Positions 43,439 to 58,070 of a stretch of DNA of 64,000 bases are shown here, one piece after another. The notes beneath the pieces are model-generated. The model was not told the DNA's origin. It saw nothing but the letters and a program-made list of their open reading frames with translations, and searched no databases. The position numbers were made by a program, and so were the translations under genes. Each line of letters opens with the position of its first letter. Within the stretch, counting starts at the first letter, position 1. Origin of the DNA: Macrostomum lignano. Lineage: Eukaryota. The stretch is from assembly GCA_002269645.1 (NCBI GenBank), contig NIVC01003726.1, positions 16,398 to 80,397 on the forward strand. Direction: 5' to 3'.

Positions 43439-46400
43439 ATGGCATCATTTCAACAGCTTCTGCTGCTCCTAGCAGCAGCAACAGCAACAGCTGCAGCAAT
43501 GGTCGCATCGCCGACACCGTCGGATGTCGTCCTAGACGAGGAGCTGCCACCGGGCAGCCAGCCCGCCGAACTGCGTCAGGCGTTGATTCAGCGCGGCCTG
43601 GACAGCCCCGGATGCTGCGTCATGATCCCGCCTCATCCGTACTTCGAGTACACCGCCAACGAGGCCGCGGCCCGCGCCGAGCTGACGGTCAAGAAGCGCC
43701 TGGACCGCGAGTCCATGTGCCCCGAAGCCGGCCTCTGCTGCAGCTCGGCCGAGCTGATCTGCCAGCTCAAGCTGCACTTCCTCGACCGTCGGCAGTCGGG
43801 CGCACCCCGGGAGATCGTCCTGACCGTCGGGATTCGTGACATCAACGATCACCGGCCCGTCTTCCCGGAGGCCGAGCGCCGGATTCAGGTCAGCGAGGAC
43901 GCCCCGCCGGGTCAGCTGGTCCGCCTGCCGCTGGCTTCCGATCCGGACTCCGACTCCAACTCAGTCAGGGACTACTCGCTGCTGCCGAGGGTCGGTGTCT
44001 TCGGCCTGCGCGAGGACCGGGCCGGCTCTGGCAGGGTGACCCATCTGTCACTCGAGCTGCTGGACAGGCTGGACAGGGAGGCCCAGCCGGTGCACAATCT
44101 GACCCTGGTGAGAGCCACTGCATCACCCACTCCATCACCCATTGCATCACACACTGCATCACCCACTCCATCACTCACTCCATCACCCACCCCACCACTC
44201 CATCACCCACTCCATCACCCACTCCAGCACCCACTCCATCACCCACTCCATAACCCACCCCACCACTCTATAACCCACCCCACCACTCCATCACCCACTC
44301 CAGCACCCACTCCATCACCCACTCCATAACCCACCCCACCACTCTATAACCCACCCCACCACTCCATCACCCACTCCATCACCCACTCCAGCACCCACTC
44401 CATCACCCACTCCATAACCCACCCCACCACTCCATCACCCACCCAACCACTCCATAACCCACCCCACCACAACCCACCCCACCGCTCCATCACCCACTCC
44501 ATCAGCCACCCCACCACTCCAAAACCCACCCGACCCCACCACAACCCACCCCACCACTCCATCACCCACCCCACCACTTCATCACCCACTCCATCACCCA
44601 CTCCATCACCCACTACATCACCCACTTCATCATCCACCCCATCACCCACCCCATCACCCACCCCATCACCCACCCCATCACCTACCCCACCACACGCTCT
44701 ATATCCCCAGGTTGCCACAGACATCGACGGCCAAAACGCCAGCCTCCGCCTCATCGTGAACGTCACGGACGTGAACGACAACCGGCCGCAGTTCCACCCA
44801 ACCGGCCACCGGACTGTCCGAGTTCGCGAGTCCGACCCGGCTGGCAACTGTCCGGTCCAGCTGTCGGCCATCGATCCGGACAGTGGCGAGAATGGCCGAG
44901 TAATCTTCGAGCTGGACCCGCACCAGCCGGACCTGGCCGCGGTCGATGCCAACTTTCGCGTGTCGCCATCGAGCGGCTTCATCTGCCTTCGTCGGAGTCT
45001 GGACTACGAGACTAAGGAGATCTTCGAACTGTCCGTCATCGCCAGGAATCCCACGCCGATCAGAGGCGACCCTGGAGCTGGCGGAGCTGGCAGCCGGCTG
45101 GCGACGGCCACCGTGACGGTGCTGGTTGTTGATGAGAATGATGAGGCGCCCCAGCTGCAGCTGGACTATCTGGATGGGACAGCGGAGGTGTGAACTGGAT
45201 TTGGGGTCTTCGGTAATCTAAAAAGTCCACAATGAATAAACTGTTACCAATCAGTCGCCAATCAGTCACCAATCAATCACCAATCAGTCACCAATCAGTC
45301 ACCAATCAGTCACCAATCAACCACCAATCACCAATAAGTCACCAATCAGTCACCAATCAGTCACCAATCAATCACCAATCAATCACCAATCAGTCACCAA
45401 TCAGTTACCAATAACTAATCAGTCACCAATCAGTCACCAATCAGTCATCAATCGATCACCAATAACCAATCAGTCACCAACAAATCAACCCAGGTAACGG
45501 AGAACGACCGCCGAGGCCACACCTTGGCGGCCCTGCAGGCCACGGACAGGGACCGGGGCGACAACGGCCGGGTGAGCTGCCAGATCGACCAGCCCGACCT
45601 GCGCGACGTCTTCGAGCTTCTGCCCACCGCCGGCTCAGCATCCGCCGGCGCTTCATCCGGTCAGCCGCAGCGCTGGCGATTCTACTTGGGCACCAGAGAC
45701 GGAGGTCCCGGACTCGATCGCGAGGCCCACCTGAAACTCGGACCGATGGCGGCTCACCGAGAAGTCGTCCGACTCGACGTAGGCATCGTCTGTCGCGACG
45801 GCGGCCAACCGGCCAATGTCCGGTTCGCCAACGCCTCCGTGCTCATCGGTGACGTCAACGACAATGCGCCAGCGCTGCGGCTGGTCCGGTCTGCCGCTGC
45901 CGCTACAGCAGGCGGCGGTGACAAAGACCTCTTAGCTTCGGCCAGCGTGCCGAGAACCGTCCGCCCGGCTTCCACGTCGCCAAGCTCGACGCTCACGACC
46001 TCGACTTCGGCGTCAACGGCTCAGTGGCGTTCGCGCTCGATCCGGCTGGCACCGACACTTTGGCGCTGGACGCCTTCGACGTTCGAAGCGATGGCTTGTT
46101 GGTCACCCGACGGACGCTCGATCGAGAGTCGGCGATGCCGCCCATAGACAGCTTCCGGGTAGCCGTGATGGCGCACGACCGGGGCAGCGCCGTCCGGCTC
46201 AGCTCCACCCTGACGCTCCACGTCCGCCTGATCGACGAGAACGACAACGCGCCGGTCATCCTGCCGCTGGCCGGATCTGCGGCGGCGGCCGCCGGCGCCG
46301 GGCTGGAGTTCCGCCTGGCGGAGAACAACAAAGCCGGTGCCGCTGTCGGCCGCCTGCGCGTCGTGGACGCCGACTTCGGACCGGACGAGGCCGACTGGCG

Positions 46401-47436
46401 ACGGCGTCGGCGTCGGGTCTCGCTGTCACCGGCGGCGACTTCGAGTTCGACGCCTGGCGGCGGCGCTCGACTGCCGTTTCGAGTGCGGCCGTCGACAGGC
46501 CCCGACCTGGACGAGTTCATCATCGAAGCCACGGACGTGCTGGACGCGGAGCGCCAGGCCGAGTACCGCTTCCTGCTGCTGGCCAGCGACGGTCAGCACT
46601 CCTCCAGCTGCAATGTCACTGTCATCGTCGAGGACGTCAACGACCACCCGCCGAAGATCTTCTATCCTTGCAGCGGCAGCGGCGGCAACCGGAGCTCGAG
46701 CTCCGTCCGCCGCCAGTTGCTGAGGAACCACAGCGTCTCCTGGCGCGAGCCGGTGGGCTACACGGTGCTGAAGGTCAACGCCAACGACGAAGACTTCGAC
46801 AAGACTGGGAACGGCAGGTTCCAGTTCAGTCTGCGGGAGGCCCCGGCCGCCGGACAGTCTGGTGACGCCGTCCGGCCACTGTTCAGCGTCGATCCCGACG
46901 GTGGGCAGATCCGGGTGGCCGCTCGCATGACCGGCCGAGACCGCGGCGTCCGGCGCCTGACGGTGACAGCGACCGACCGAGGACAGCCGCGGCCGCTGGC
47001 CACCGAGTGCGTCTTCGACGTGACGGTGGACAGCTCGGAGCCGAGAAGCCAAGCAGCCTTGGCGCCGCGTCTCGGCGAAGATGGAGGAGGAAGAGACGGT
47101 GGCGGCGTGTTCACCCAGGTGCCGCCGATGCCACGCCAGAAGCAGCAGTTCGGAGACTCTGTCGTGCTGGCCGTTGTTGGCATTTTCGCGCTGCTGTTGC
47201 TATTGGCAACGGTGCTGCTGCTGCTGTACGCCAGGCATTGGCACGCGGCGCCGGGCTTCCTGCCAGACGTGCTGGGCGCCTGCTTCGGCAGGAGGGAGCA
47301 ACGGAGCCAGGCGGGCCGTGGCGGCGGCGGTGGCCGCGGCCGCAAGTCCGCTGAATCTGCCGAGGCTGCTGGAGCGGCCTTTCTCGGGGTCAAGTCGGGT
47401 CAGCCGGATCAGCTGAGATCCAGGCCGCTCAGTCAG
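43439..47436 (+). CDS. Protocadherin, 7 cadherin repeats + TM; 1-bp frameshift at about 45950
   Basis: Exons 43439-44107, 44711-45187, 45494-47436. Signal peptide MASFQQLLLLLAAATATAAA; EC1 has LDRESMC..C; linkers DINDHRP, DVNDNRP, DENDEAP, DVNDNAP, DENDNAP, DVNDHPP; TM VVLAVVGIFALLLLLATVLLLLYA. The frame shifts at GTG-CC-GAG-AAC. Confidence 0.9.
44120..44690. repeat. CCACTCCATCAC-type array
   Basis: Protocadherin intron 1. Confidence 0.93.
45245..45490. repeat. ACCAATCAGTC-type array
   Basis: Protocadherin intron 2. Confidence 0.9.
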
Positions 47437-48408
<972 letters not shown>

Positions 48409-48801
48409 GCTGGTTATTTAGTTTCCCATTTCCCCAGCACAGTTAAGGATGGCCAGCTGGGTTGTTTCAGGCAATTAAATATTCAATAATGGTTGAAAAG
48501 CCAGGCACAGCTGGCATATAAAATGCTCTCAATTGAAGTGTGGAAATTGCATCGTTCTCGCAATCCAACCTGAAGGGAAAAATTGGTGGTCGCAGTGCTG
48601 CAAGCGATGAGGAAAACTGCACTAAACAGCCGGTGCTTACATTGCAGCATCAATTTCAGAATTTGAGTTAAACTCTGTTCCAGCGCATTATGAATTCTAG
48701 CCAGAGTAAATAGGGGTGCACGGACCAGATGGCCCTTAGGTAGTGTTATCATTGGTAAGCTCTTTAACACCAGGAATGATCCTTTTAAACTCCAATAACT
48801 C

Positions 48802-49720
48802 AGGCTGTAGACTCCAATGCTTCAGGCTGTAGACTCCAATGCTTCAGGCTGTAGACTCCAATGCTTCAGGCTGTAGACTCTAGTACTTGAGGCTGTAAAC
48901 TCCAATATTTCAGGCTGTAGACTCCAATACTTCAGGCTGTAGACTCCAATACTTCAGGCTGTAGACTCCAATACTTCAGGCTGTAGACTCCAATACTTCA
49001 GGCTGTAGACTCTAGTACTTGAGGCTGTAAACTCCAATACTTCAGGCTGTAGACTCTAGTACTTGAGGCTGTAAACTCCAATACTTCAGGCTGTAAACTC
49101 CAATACTTCAGGCTGTAGACTCCAATACTTCAGGCTGTAGACTCCAATACTTCAGGCTGTAGACTCTAGTACTTGAGGCTGTAAACTCCAATACTTCAGG
49201 CTGTAAACTCCAATACTTCAGGCTGTAAACTCCAATACTTCAGGCTGTAGACTCCAATACTTCAGGCTGTAGACTCCAATACTTCAGGCTGTAGACTCTA
49301 GTACTTGAGGCTGTAAACTCCAATACTTCAGGCTGTAGACTCTAGTACTTGAGGCTGTAAATTCCAATACTTCAGGCTGTAGACTCCAATGCTTCAGGCT
49401 GTAGACTCCAATACTTCAGGCTGTAAACTCCAATACTTCAGGCTGTAGACTCCAATACTTCAGGCTGTAAACTCCAATACTTCAGGCTGTAGACTCCAAT
49501 GCTTCAGGCTGTAGACTCCAATGCTTCAGGCTGTAGACTCCAATACTTCAGGCTGTAAACTTCAATACTTCAGGCTGTAGACTCCAATGCTTCAGGCTGT
49601 AAACTCCAATACTTCAGGCTGTAGACTCCAATGCTTCAGGCTGTAGACTCCAATACTTCAGGCTGTAAACTTCAATACTTCAGGCTGTAGACTCCTATGC
49701 TTCAGGCTGTAGACTCCAAT
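48802..49720. repeat. 22-bp CAGGCTGTAGACTCCAATACTT array
   Basis: About 42 copies. Confidence 0.95.
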
Positions 49721-50167
49721 GCTAAAAGCAGCACAGAACATCAAAAGTTTACAAACTTCAGCTTCAAAGCTCAGTCCACGCTGACCCCAGAGAGATTTGA
49801 CCTCTGCAGCGCACAGCGCAATGCACAGATCTGTCACAGTTCGGCATGCAATCAAGTGAGATTTTGATTCGTCACAAGATCGCAGAGGGGCGCCCTGATA
49901 GCTGCTGGTACATGCGGATGGTCTGTCCGTCTATCCGACCCCATCTTCATCAAGACCGGCTGTCAAATACTGCTAGTCGCGCAAACAGCTGACCTCAGCA
50001 GTTCACGCGGACACGGAAGCCCCACCGCCCGTGTCCTCCCCTCCTTTCTTAGTTTTGTCTTTTCTGCGAGAATCTTTTAAGCGCTGGTGTTTGTTTAAAA
50101 AATTGTGACTAGCTCGTAATAATATATATCTAAATGCAGCCCAAAATGGCGAAAACGAAGCGGGACG

Positions 50168-51436
50168 ATGGGAGAGGTGAGGGTGAGAGGGGTGAGAGTG
50201 AGAGGGGTGAGAGTGGGAGAGGTGAGAGTGAGAGGGTGAGAGGGGTGAGAGTGAGAGGGGTGAGAGTGGGAGAGGTGAGAGTGAGAGGGGTGATAGGGAG
50301 AGGGAGAGAAGGGTGAGAGGGGTGAGAGGGGTGAAAGAGGTGGGAGGGAGAGGGGTGAGAGGGAGAGGGTGAGGGAGAGAAGGGTGAGAGGGGTGAGAGG
50401 GGTGAGAGGGAGAGAGTGAGAGGGAGAGGGGGAGGGGGAGAGGGGTGAGAGGGTGAAAGGGGTGAGAGGGAGACGGGTGAGAGTGAGAGAGGTGAGAAGG
50501 AGAGAGTTGCGAATGAGAGGGGTAAAAGGGAGAGGGGTGAGAGGGAGAGGGGTGAGAGTGAGAGGGTGAGAGGGAGAGGGAGAGGGAGAAAGGGAGAGGG
50601 GTGAGAGTGAGAGGGGTGAGAGTGAGAGGGGTGAGAGTGAGAGGGGTGAGAGTGAGAGGGGTGAGAGTGAGAGGGGTGAGAGTGAGAGGGGTGAGAGTGA
50701 GAGGGGTGAGAGTGAGAGGGGTGAGAGTGAGAGGGGTGAGAGTGAGAGGGGTGAGAGTGAGAGGGGTGAGAGTGAGAGGGGTGAGAGTGAGAGGGGTGAG
50801 AGTGAGAGGGTGAGAGGGAGAGGGAGAGGGAGAAAGGGAGAGGGGTGAGAGTGAGAGGGTGAGAGGGAGAGGGAGAGGGAGAAAGGGAGAGGGGTGAGAG
50901 TGAGAGTGAGAGGGGTGAGAGTGAGAGGGGTGAGAGTGAGAGGGGTGAGAGTGAGAGGAGTGAGAGTGAGAGGGGTGAGAGTGAGAGGGGTGAGAGTGAG
51001 AGGGGTGAGAGTGAGAGGGGTGAGAGTGAGAGGGGTGAGAGTGAGAGGGGTGAGAGTGAGAGGGGTGAGAGTGAGAGGGGTGAGAGTGAGAGGGGTGAGA
51101 GTGAGAGGGGTGAGAGTGAGAGGGGTGAGAGTGAGAGGGGTGAGAGTGAGAGGGGTGAGAGTGAGAGGGGTGAGAGTGAGAGGGGTGAGAGTGAGAGGGT
51201 GAGAGGGAGAGGGAGAGGGAGAAAGGGAGAGGGTGAGAGTGAGAGGGTGAGAGGGAGAGGGGTGAGAGTGAGAGGGGTGAGAGTGAGAGGGGTGAGAGTG
51301 AGAGGGGTGAGAGTGAGAGGGGTGAGAGTGAGAGGAGTGAGAGTGAGAGGGGTGAGAGTGAGAGGGGTGAGAGTGAGAGGGGTGAGAGTGAGAGGGTGAG
51401 AGTGAGAGGGTGAGAGTGAGAGGGGTGAGAGTGAGA
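50168..51436. repeat. Polypurine 15-bp GAGAGGGGTGAGAGT array
   Basis: Explains the VRGVR ORFs. Confidence 0.95.
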
Positions 51437-53206
51437 AGTATTAAGGGAAATATGTTACATTCGAGCTCAATGTAGTCAGTTGTTTTGTTTCAGAATTTCC
51501 AACATTTCCAAGTTGATTTGACAGATGAGGCGCTCAGCTTGATTCTGCAAGATTCCTAATTAATGGTTGCAGTGTATAACAGTTATAAGCATATTTGGTC
51601 TGCTTCTCTTTGTCCCTTCGATCTACCGCACTATTCAGCAGATCCCAGTTGAAGCAGTTTAACAAAACCCGCTCGGATCGTCTGCTCATCTTCTACTAAA
51701 AGCAGAAATCGATTAGGGCATGAGAAGAAAGAACAGCAGTTCGCAGAAGACACGGGAGAGCGCACACTTGCTGCCTGGAAAATCCATAGCTACCCAGCTT
51801 TTTTACGCTTCTGCTTCAAAAGAGACGGTCGCTTCCAAGCCAAGAATTGTTTCCTTCTGCTTCTGCTCTTTTGCTGCAGGACTTTTAAAAAATGCAGCCT
51901 CTTTCTCTTGAGCATGAGGCGGCAAACTCCGGCCCGCCAAGCCTCTCTATCCGGCCCTCGGGTCCTTTGAAACTTCACAATAGCAATCCGAGGTCGGTGT
52001 CTCGTCTCAGCTTTCGTCTCTTCCCTCTGCTCTTTTCTCTCTCCCCTTTCTATTCTCTCCTCTCTCCTCCTCTGTTCTCCCCCTCTTCCCTCCTCCTTCT
52101 CTCCTCCCTCCCCTTTTCTCTCCTCTTTTTTCTCTCCTCTCATCTAATCTCCTCTCTCTTCCATTCTTCTCTCTTATTTCATCTCTCTTTTCATCTAATC
52201 TCTTGCTTCTCGCCTCTTATCTCTTATCTCCTCTTTCCTCCTGTCTCACCTCTGTTCCCTCTGCTCTCTCATCTGGCCGTTTAGGTAGGCACAGCGGTTT
52301 GACCCATTCCTGCTGTAGAAGCAGGTGCATCAGCATGGAAACCAGTGGAACTTTCCCTATTTGCCAGTTCAAAAATTCTTTTGGCAAGTTTTTCATCTGT
52401 AAAAGTCGCAATTCAGCGAAGCCTTAAAAACATGCGAAAAAAAGATTTTAAAAAAAGCATTTTTTGCTAAAAGAGACTCGCCAGCAGGTTTAAACGCGCC
52501 ACCGAAGACACAGAAAAAAGCAAATTTTAACAGACTATCTAAAAGAAGAGAGAAATACATGACTTGCCAGCCAAGCCTGCAGCTCCCACAGCCCTCAGGG
52601 GCATGCGGCAGACTCCTGGAATCTGGAGGGAAAGGAAGGGTTCAAGTGACTCCCAAACTGTCTGCCTACTGCCCCGCTATCTTAATTCGACCATGGCTTC
52701 GAAAAAGCAACTATTCGGCTCTGCTGCGGGGGGGGGCGGCGCCAAGACAACGGATGCCTGCGCGACGTGGGCCCGGAGAAGCAAAAACAGTTTTTCTGCT
52801 TTTTTGCGACCCCGACTTGTCCCAGAGATGTATCCGCGACCGAGGGAATTAATTCCCGACCCCCGACCCCCCCCCAACCCCACCGACTCCAATAAGCGAA
52901 GCAATAAAAGTCCCATTGGAATTCGAACACAAATTGATGTATACAGAAAGCCAGTTGGTCTTCAGATGTGACCGCCGGTGGTCAATCAGCCCGCAGCCTG
53001 TGCACCCCCTGAAGGATTACAAAACACTGGCGAAGCTGCCCGGTTTCTGGGAACTGCAATCGCTTTGTGCTGTCTTGCTGGCTGCGGGCCTGATGAACTC
53101 TATAAAAAATAGCCTCACTTTTCCCTGTCTTCATTTTTCTGTTGCTTTTTTATACCGTGGGGTCCGTGGCTTTTTAGCTGCCTAATTGACTGTGATTGCT
53201 GACTTC

Positions 53207-53242
<36 letters not shown>

Positions 53243-53334
53243 TTTTTCTATTTTATATTTTCAGCGATTCCGGGACCCGATATGACTCACTCAGTTCGTT
53301 TCCTTCTCCCATTCTCCCTCTCCCTTCTCCGGTC

Positions 53335-53925
53335 CTATCCTCCTCCCTCTCACTCCTCTCCTTCTAACTAACCCTCTCCCTTTCACTCCTCTCCTTCTAA
53401 CTAACCCTCTCCCTCTCACTCCTCTCCTTCTAACTAACCCTCTCCCTCTCACTCCTCTCCTTCTAACTAACCCTCTCCCTCTCACTCCTCTCCTTCTAAC
53501 TAACCCTCTCCCTCTCACTCCTCTCCTTCTAACTAACCTCTCCCTCTCACTCCTCTCCTTCTAACTAACCCTCTCCCTCTCACTCCTCTCCTTCTAACTA
53601 ACCCTCTCCCTCTCACTCCTCTCCTTCTAACTAACCCTCTCCCTATTACCCCTCGCCCTCTCCCTCTCACTCCTCTTCCTCCCACCCCTCTCCCTCTCAC
53701 TCCTCTCCCTCTAACTAACCCCTCTCCCTCTCCCTCCTCTCCCTCTCACACCTCTCCCTCTCACACCTCTCCCTCTCACTCCTCTCCCTCTCACTCCTCT
53801 CCCTCTCACTCCTCTTCCTCACACTCTTCTCCCTCTAACTAACCCCTCTCCCTCCCACACCTCTCCCTCTCACTCCTCTCCCTCCCACACCTCTCCCTCT
53901 CACTCCTCTCTCTCCCACCCCTCTT
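53335..53925. repeat. CT-rich array of about 33 bp, CTCTCCCTCTCACTCCTCTCCTTCTAACTAACC
   Basis: Tandem copies decaying into pure CT sequence. Confidence 0.92.
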
Positions 53926-54644
53926 CCTATCTTTAAAATTCAACTCCTCATTAATCTGCCTCATTACACGTAGCCAGATGCACATTGCTTACTAAGCAAG
54001 TTGCTCCGACACACTGAGCTCTTCTAACCTGCTCTGCCGGCCGTTTCCCAATTCGATCGAAATTGCATTCAAATCCCAAATTCTCCTGTCAGACAAAAGA
54101 CACACAGGCGCTTTTAAAACATTGCTCCAACTGCAGAGTGGGATTATTATCCCATCAACAAATCGGACAAGTCCAATGCACAGTCAGGCTTCTAAGAGGT
54201 GGGAAGAGGATCCTAATGAATAATCCATGAGCAGCACCTAGCGAGGAAACTCCATGATGTCTAACAAATGCTGCTGCCTAATACCTGACACCTCCAGTCG
54301 TGGGAGGGAAGAGTTTCCTCACACCTTTACTGGGGATAACAGGGGATTCCCTCCTACAGTGTTTGAGCTTTATTATTCCCATTGTACCCTGCCGGCGTGG
54401 AGTACAAAGGATGGTGAGGAGCGGCGGCGAGATTGAGCTGAGACACAGGCATGGAGGAGACAATGGGGAAGCGGGCGGGAACAGTTTTGATGAGGCTTGC
54501 AGTTTCCAGTCAATTTATTCAAGAGGCTCAGTTCTAGCAAACACAATACTGAAACTGAACAAGGGAGTTGGCAATTATTTGTCACGGAACTGGCAGCTCA
54601 GCAGTCTGCGCTTCTTGGCGATTTCCTGTAAACTGGCCCTGAGT

Positions 54645-55262
54645 AGAGGAATAGAATGGATTGCTAATCTAGCCAGCATCACTGATGAAGGAATAGAATG
54701 GATTGTTAATCTAGCCAGCATCACTGATGAAGGAATAGAATGGATTGTTAATCTAGCCAGCATCACTGATGAAGGAATATAATGGATTGCTAATCTAGCC
54801 AGCATCACTGATGAAGGAATAGAATGGATTGCTAATCTAGCCAACATCACCGATGAAGGAATATAATGGATTGCTAATCTAGCCAGCATCACTGATGAAG
54901 GAATAGAATGGATTGCTAATCTAGCCAACATCACCGATGAAGGAATATAATGGATTGCTAATCTAGCCAGCATCACTGATGAAGGAATAGAATGGATTGC
55001 TAATCTAGCCAGCATCACTGATGAAGGAATATAATGGATTGCTAATCTAGCCAACATCACTGATGAAGGAATACAATGGATTGCTAATCTAGCCAGCATC
55101 ACTGATGAAGGAATAGAATGGATTGCTAATCTAGCCGGCATCACTGATGAAGGAATAGAATGGATTGCTAATCTAGCCAGCATCACTGATGAAGGAATAG
55201 ATTGGATTGCTAATCTAGCCAACATCACCGATGAAGGAATAGAATGGATTGCTAATCTAGCA
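54645..55262. repeat. 42-bp GGAATAGAATGGATTGCTAATCTAGCCAGCATCACTGATGAA array
   Basis: About 14.5 copies. Confidence 0.95.
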
Positions 55263-56239
55263 GATATTCCCCCCCCCCCAAACCGACTTCCAGGCCCACG
55301 AAGATACCTGATGGACTCGAACCAGCTCCCTGCAGCAGAGAGCAGCACGGGTTGGGTGAGTGACTTGAATCGAGCTTTTCAGCCCGGAGTTCCGGACCAC
55401 CCAGCCAAGCCACATCAGCGGATAAAAGCAGCAAAGCAATTTACTGGATTCTCTTGCACACTTACCTACGAAAGCAGAGGCGCAAAAAATCGCAGAACTT
55501 TCCCTAATGGGACTAACGATTCGGGGGAATTATCCCCAGAAGAGCGATGACAAAATTGATAGGCCAAGGAGAAAAGGTGTCCAGCGCGGCGGGGCAGCCC
55601 ATCAGTCATCTCATTTGGCTAATAAGTTATCGAGGCGCATCACGGATCCCCACCTGAGAGGCTGCGGGATAATCGCGCATGGATAAAAATCTTTACTTTT
55701 CTTTCTCCCACCTGTCTCCCCCCTACCGTTCCCCCCCCCCCCTCTCTCCTGGGATGACAGGAAAATACGCAAGTGTGTTAATATAATGCCTCACAAAAGA
55801 GGCTCGGAAGAAGAAGGCCTTTGTCACTTGCACCTTGACTGGCTGACGGGCCCTGCACCTCAGGGCACAATGAGGCAGATTGCCCAAGACCCAGATAGTT
55901 ACAGTGCACCTGAAACCGTATTGTTAATGTTAATAATATTATTATTGTTTGAAGATTAACATGAAAGCTTCGGGATGCACAACCAATCGATTAATCATCA
56001 TCTTCGCGTCCACCTATCGTCGCTTCACGCCCCTCACTCACTGCCCCTCGCGCTCGTGCAGTATCAAAAGCCAAGGAAGCAGCCGCCCTCAGCCAGCAAT
56101 GGTGGTCGCAGCCATCAATCAGAAAATTAGTAGCGAGTCAACTTCACATTTTTATACTCGTAGATCATAAATACAGCATGGCTGAATATTTGTCTTAATT
56201 GTGGCCTCTCGTGACTGACAATGAAAAGAGCCAACCTTG

Positions 56240-57222
56240 AAAGAAGCGCCAACCCTAGAAGCGCCAACCCTAGAAGAAGCGCCAACCCCAGAAGAAGCGC
56301 CAACCCCAGAAGAAGTGCCAACCCCAGAAGAAGCGCCAACCCCAGAAGAAGCGCCAACCCCAGAAGAAGCGCCAACCCCAGAAGAAGCGCCAACCCTAGA
56401 AGCGCCAACAACCAGAAAAAGCGTCAACCCTAGAAAAAGCGCTAACCCTAGAAACGCCAACCCTAGAAGAAGCGCCAACCCAGAAGAAGCGCCAACCCCA
56501 GAAGAAGCGCCAACCCCAGAAGAAGCGCCAACCCCAGAAGAAGCGCCAACCCCAGAAGAAGCGCCAACCCTAGAAGAAGCGCCAACCCCAGAAGAAGCGC
56601 CAACCCTAGAAGAAGCGCCAACCCCAGAAGAAGCGCCAACCCTAGAAAAAGCGCCAACCCCAGAAGAAGCGCCAACCCTAGAAGAAGCGCCAACCCCAGA
56701 AGAAGCGCCAACCCCAGAAGAAACGCCAACCTAGAAGAAACGCCAGCCCCAGAAGAAACGCCAGCCCCAGAAGAAGCGCCAACCCAGAAGCGCCAACCCA
56801 GAAGCGCCAACCCCAGAAGCGCCAACCCCAGAAGCGCCAACCCCAGAAGCGCCAACCCAGAAGAAGCGCCAACCCCAGAAGAAACGCCAACCCCAGAAGA
56901 AGCGCCAACCCCAGAAGAAGCGCCAACCCCAGAAGAAGCGCCAACCCTAGAAGAAGCGCCAACCCCAGAAGAAGCGCCAACCCCAGAAGAAGCGCCAACT
57001 CTAGAAGAAGCGCCAACCCCAGAAGAAGCACCAACCCTAGAAGAAGCGCCAACCCTAGAAGAAGCGCCAACCCCAGAAGAAGCGCCAACCCTAGAAGAAG
57101 CGCCAACCCTAGAAGAAGCGCCAACCCTAGAAGAAGCGCCAACCTAGAAGAAGCGCCAACCCCAGAAGAAGCGCCAACCCCAAAAGAAACGCCAACCCTA
57201 GAAGAAACGCCAACCCTAGAAA
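56240..57222. repeat. 18-bp AGAAGAAGCGCCAACCCC array
   Basis: Explains the EEAPTP/LLLGLA ORFs. Confidence 0.95.
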
Positions 57223-57899
57223 AGCTTGAAAGCCACTAGCTATGCTGAGTTTGCTCAAAAAGAGAGGTTGAGGGGCTGTGAAATTGAAAATAGCACAGGA
57301 GCTTCAGCAGAGAAAAAACGATGGACGGCAGCATGACGCACTGCATGCAGCAGTTTTCAAAATTTTCAATTGCTCTTTTGTTATAATTTTTCGCGCCCAT
57401 TCAGTGTGAGCACGTTTCTGCAGCCTCTTCAGTTAGAGAGAGATGGGGAGAGGCGGGAGAGGAGCAGCTCAGCGATGAAAGTGGAATCCCTCCTTTGTCG
57501 ACTGCACGAGAGTCTCCAAGAAAAGGCCCTCGAGGCGGGGGGGGGGGTTAATACTCCTGATTCCTCAACTGTAATTCCCACAGCTAAGCTCTTTTCAAAT
57601 CCCCTTTTGTTGGTCGCTCGAACGCTCTCCAAAGGTGAGCACGGCGAGCCTCTCGTATTTCTCTTTTTCTAACCCCAGATGAAGATAAATTGCCTGCTCT
57701 CCGAGCAAAATCTCCCATGGGAAATTTCCCCGGGGCTTCGAGTCTCGGGATTCACAAAATCTGCTACCATACGATTACCAGATTACTGGGAGAGGGGATC
57801 AAGGAGAGCAGCTGAAGCCTCTTGTGATAATGTTGGCATCTGCGACACAGATTTCACAATTCTTTGTGCGCACAAACAAGCCAAGGAGTTCCAAGACTA

Positions 57900-58070
57900 T
57901 ATAATCTGGAATGGAAACTGTTGCATGAACAGCCATGGAGTTTTAAATGATAGATGATCATAGAATCTGGAATGGAAACTGTTGCATGAGCAGCCGGGGG
58001 ATTTTAAATTATAGATGACCATAGAATCTGGAATGGAAACTGTTGCATGAGCAGCCATGACTTTTAAATT
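57900..58070. repeat. About 61-bp triplication
   Basis: AATCTGGAATGGAAACTGTTGCATGA occurs three times. Confidence 0.85.
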
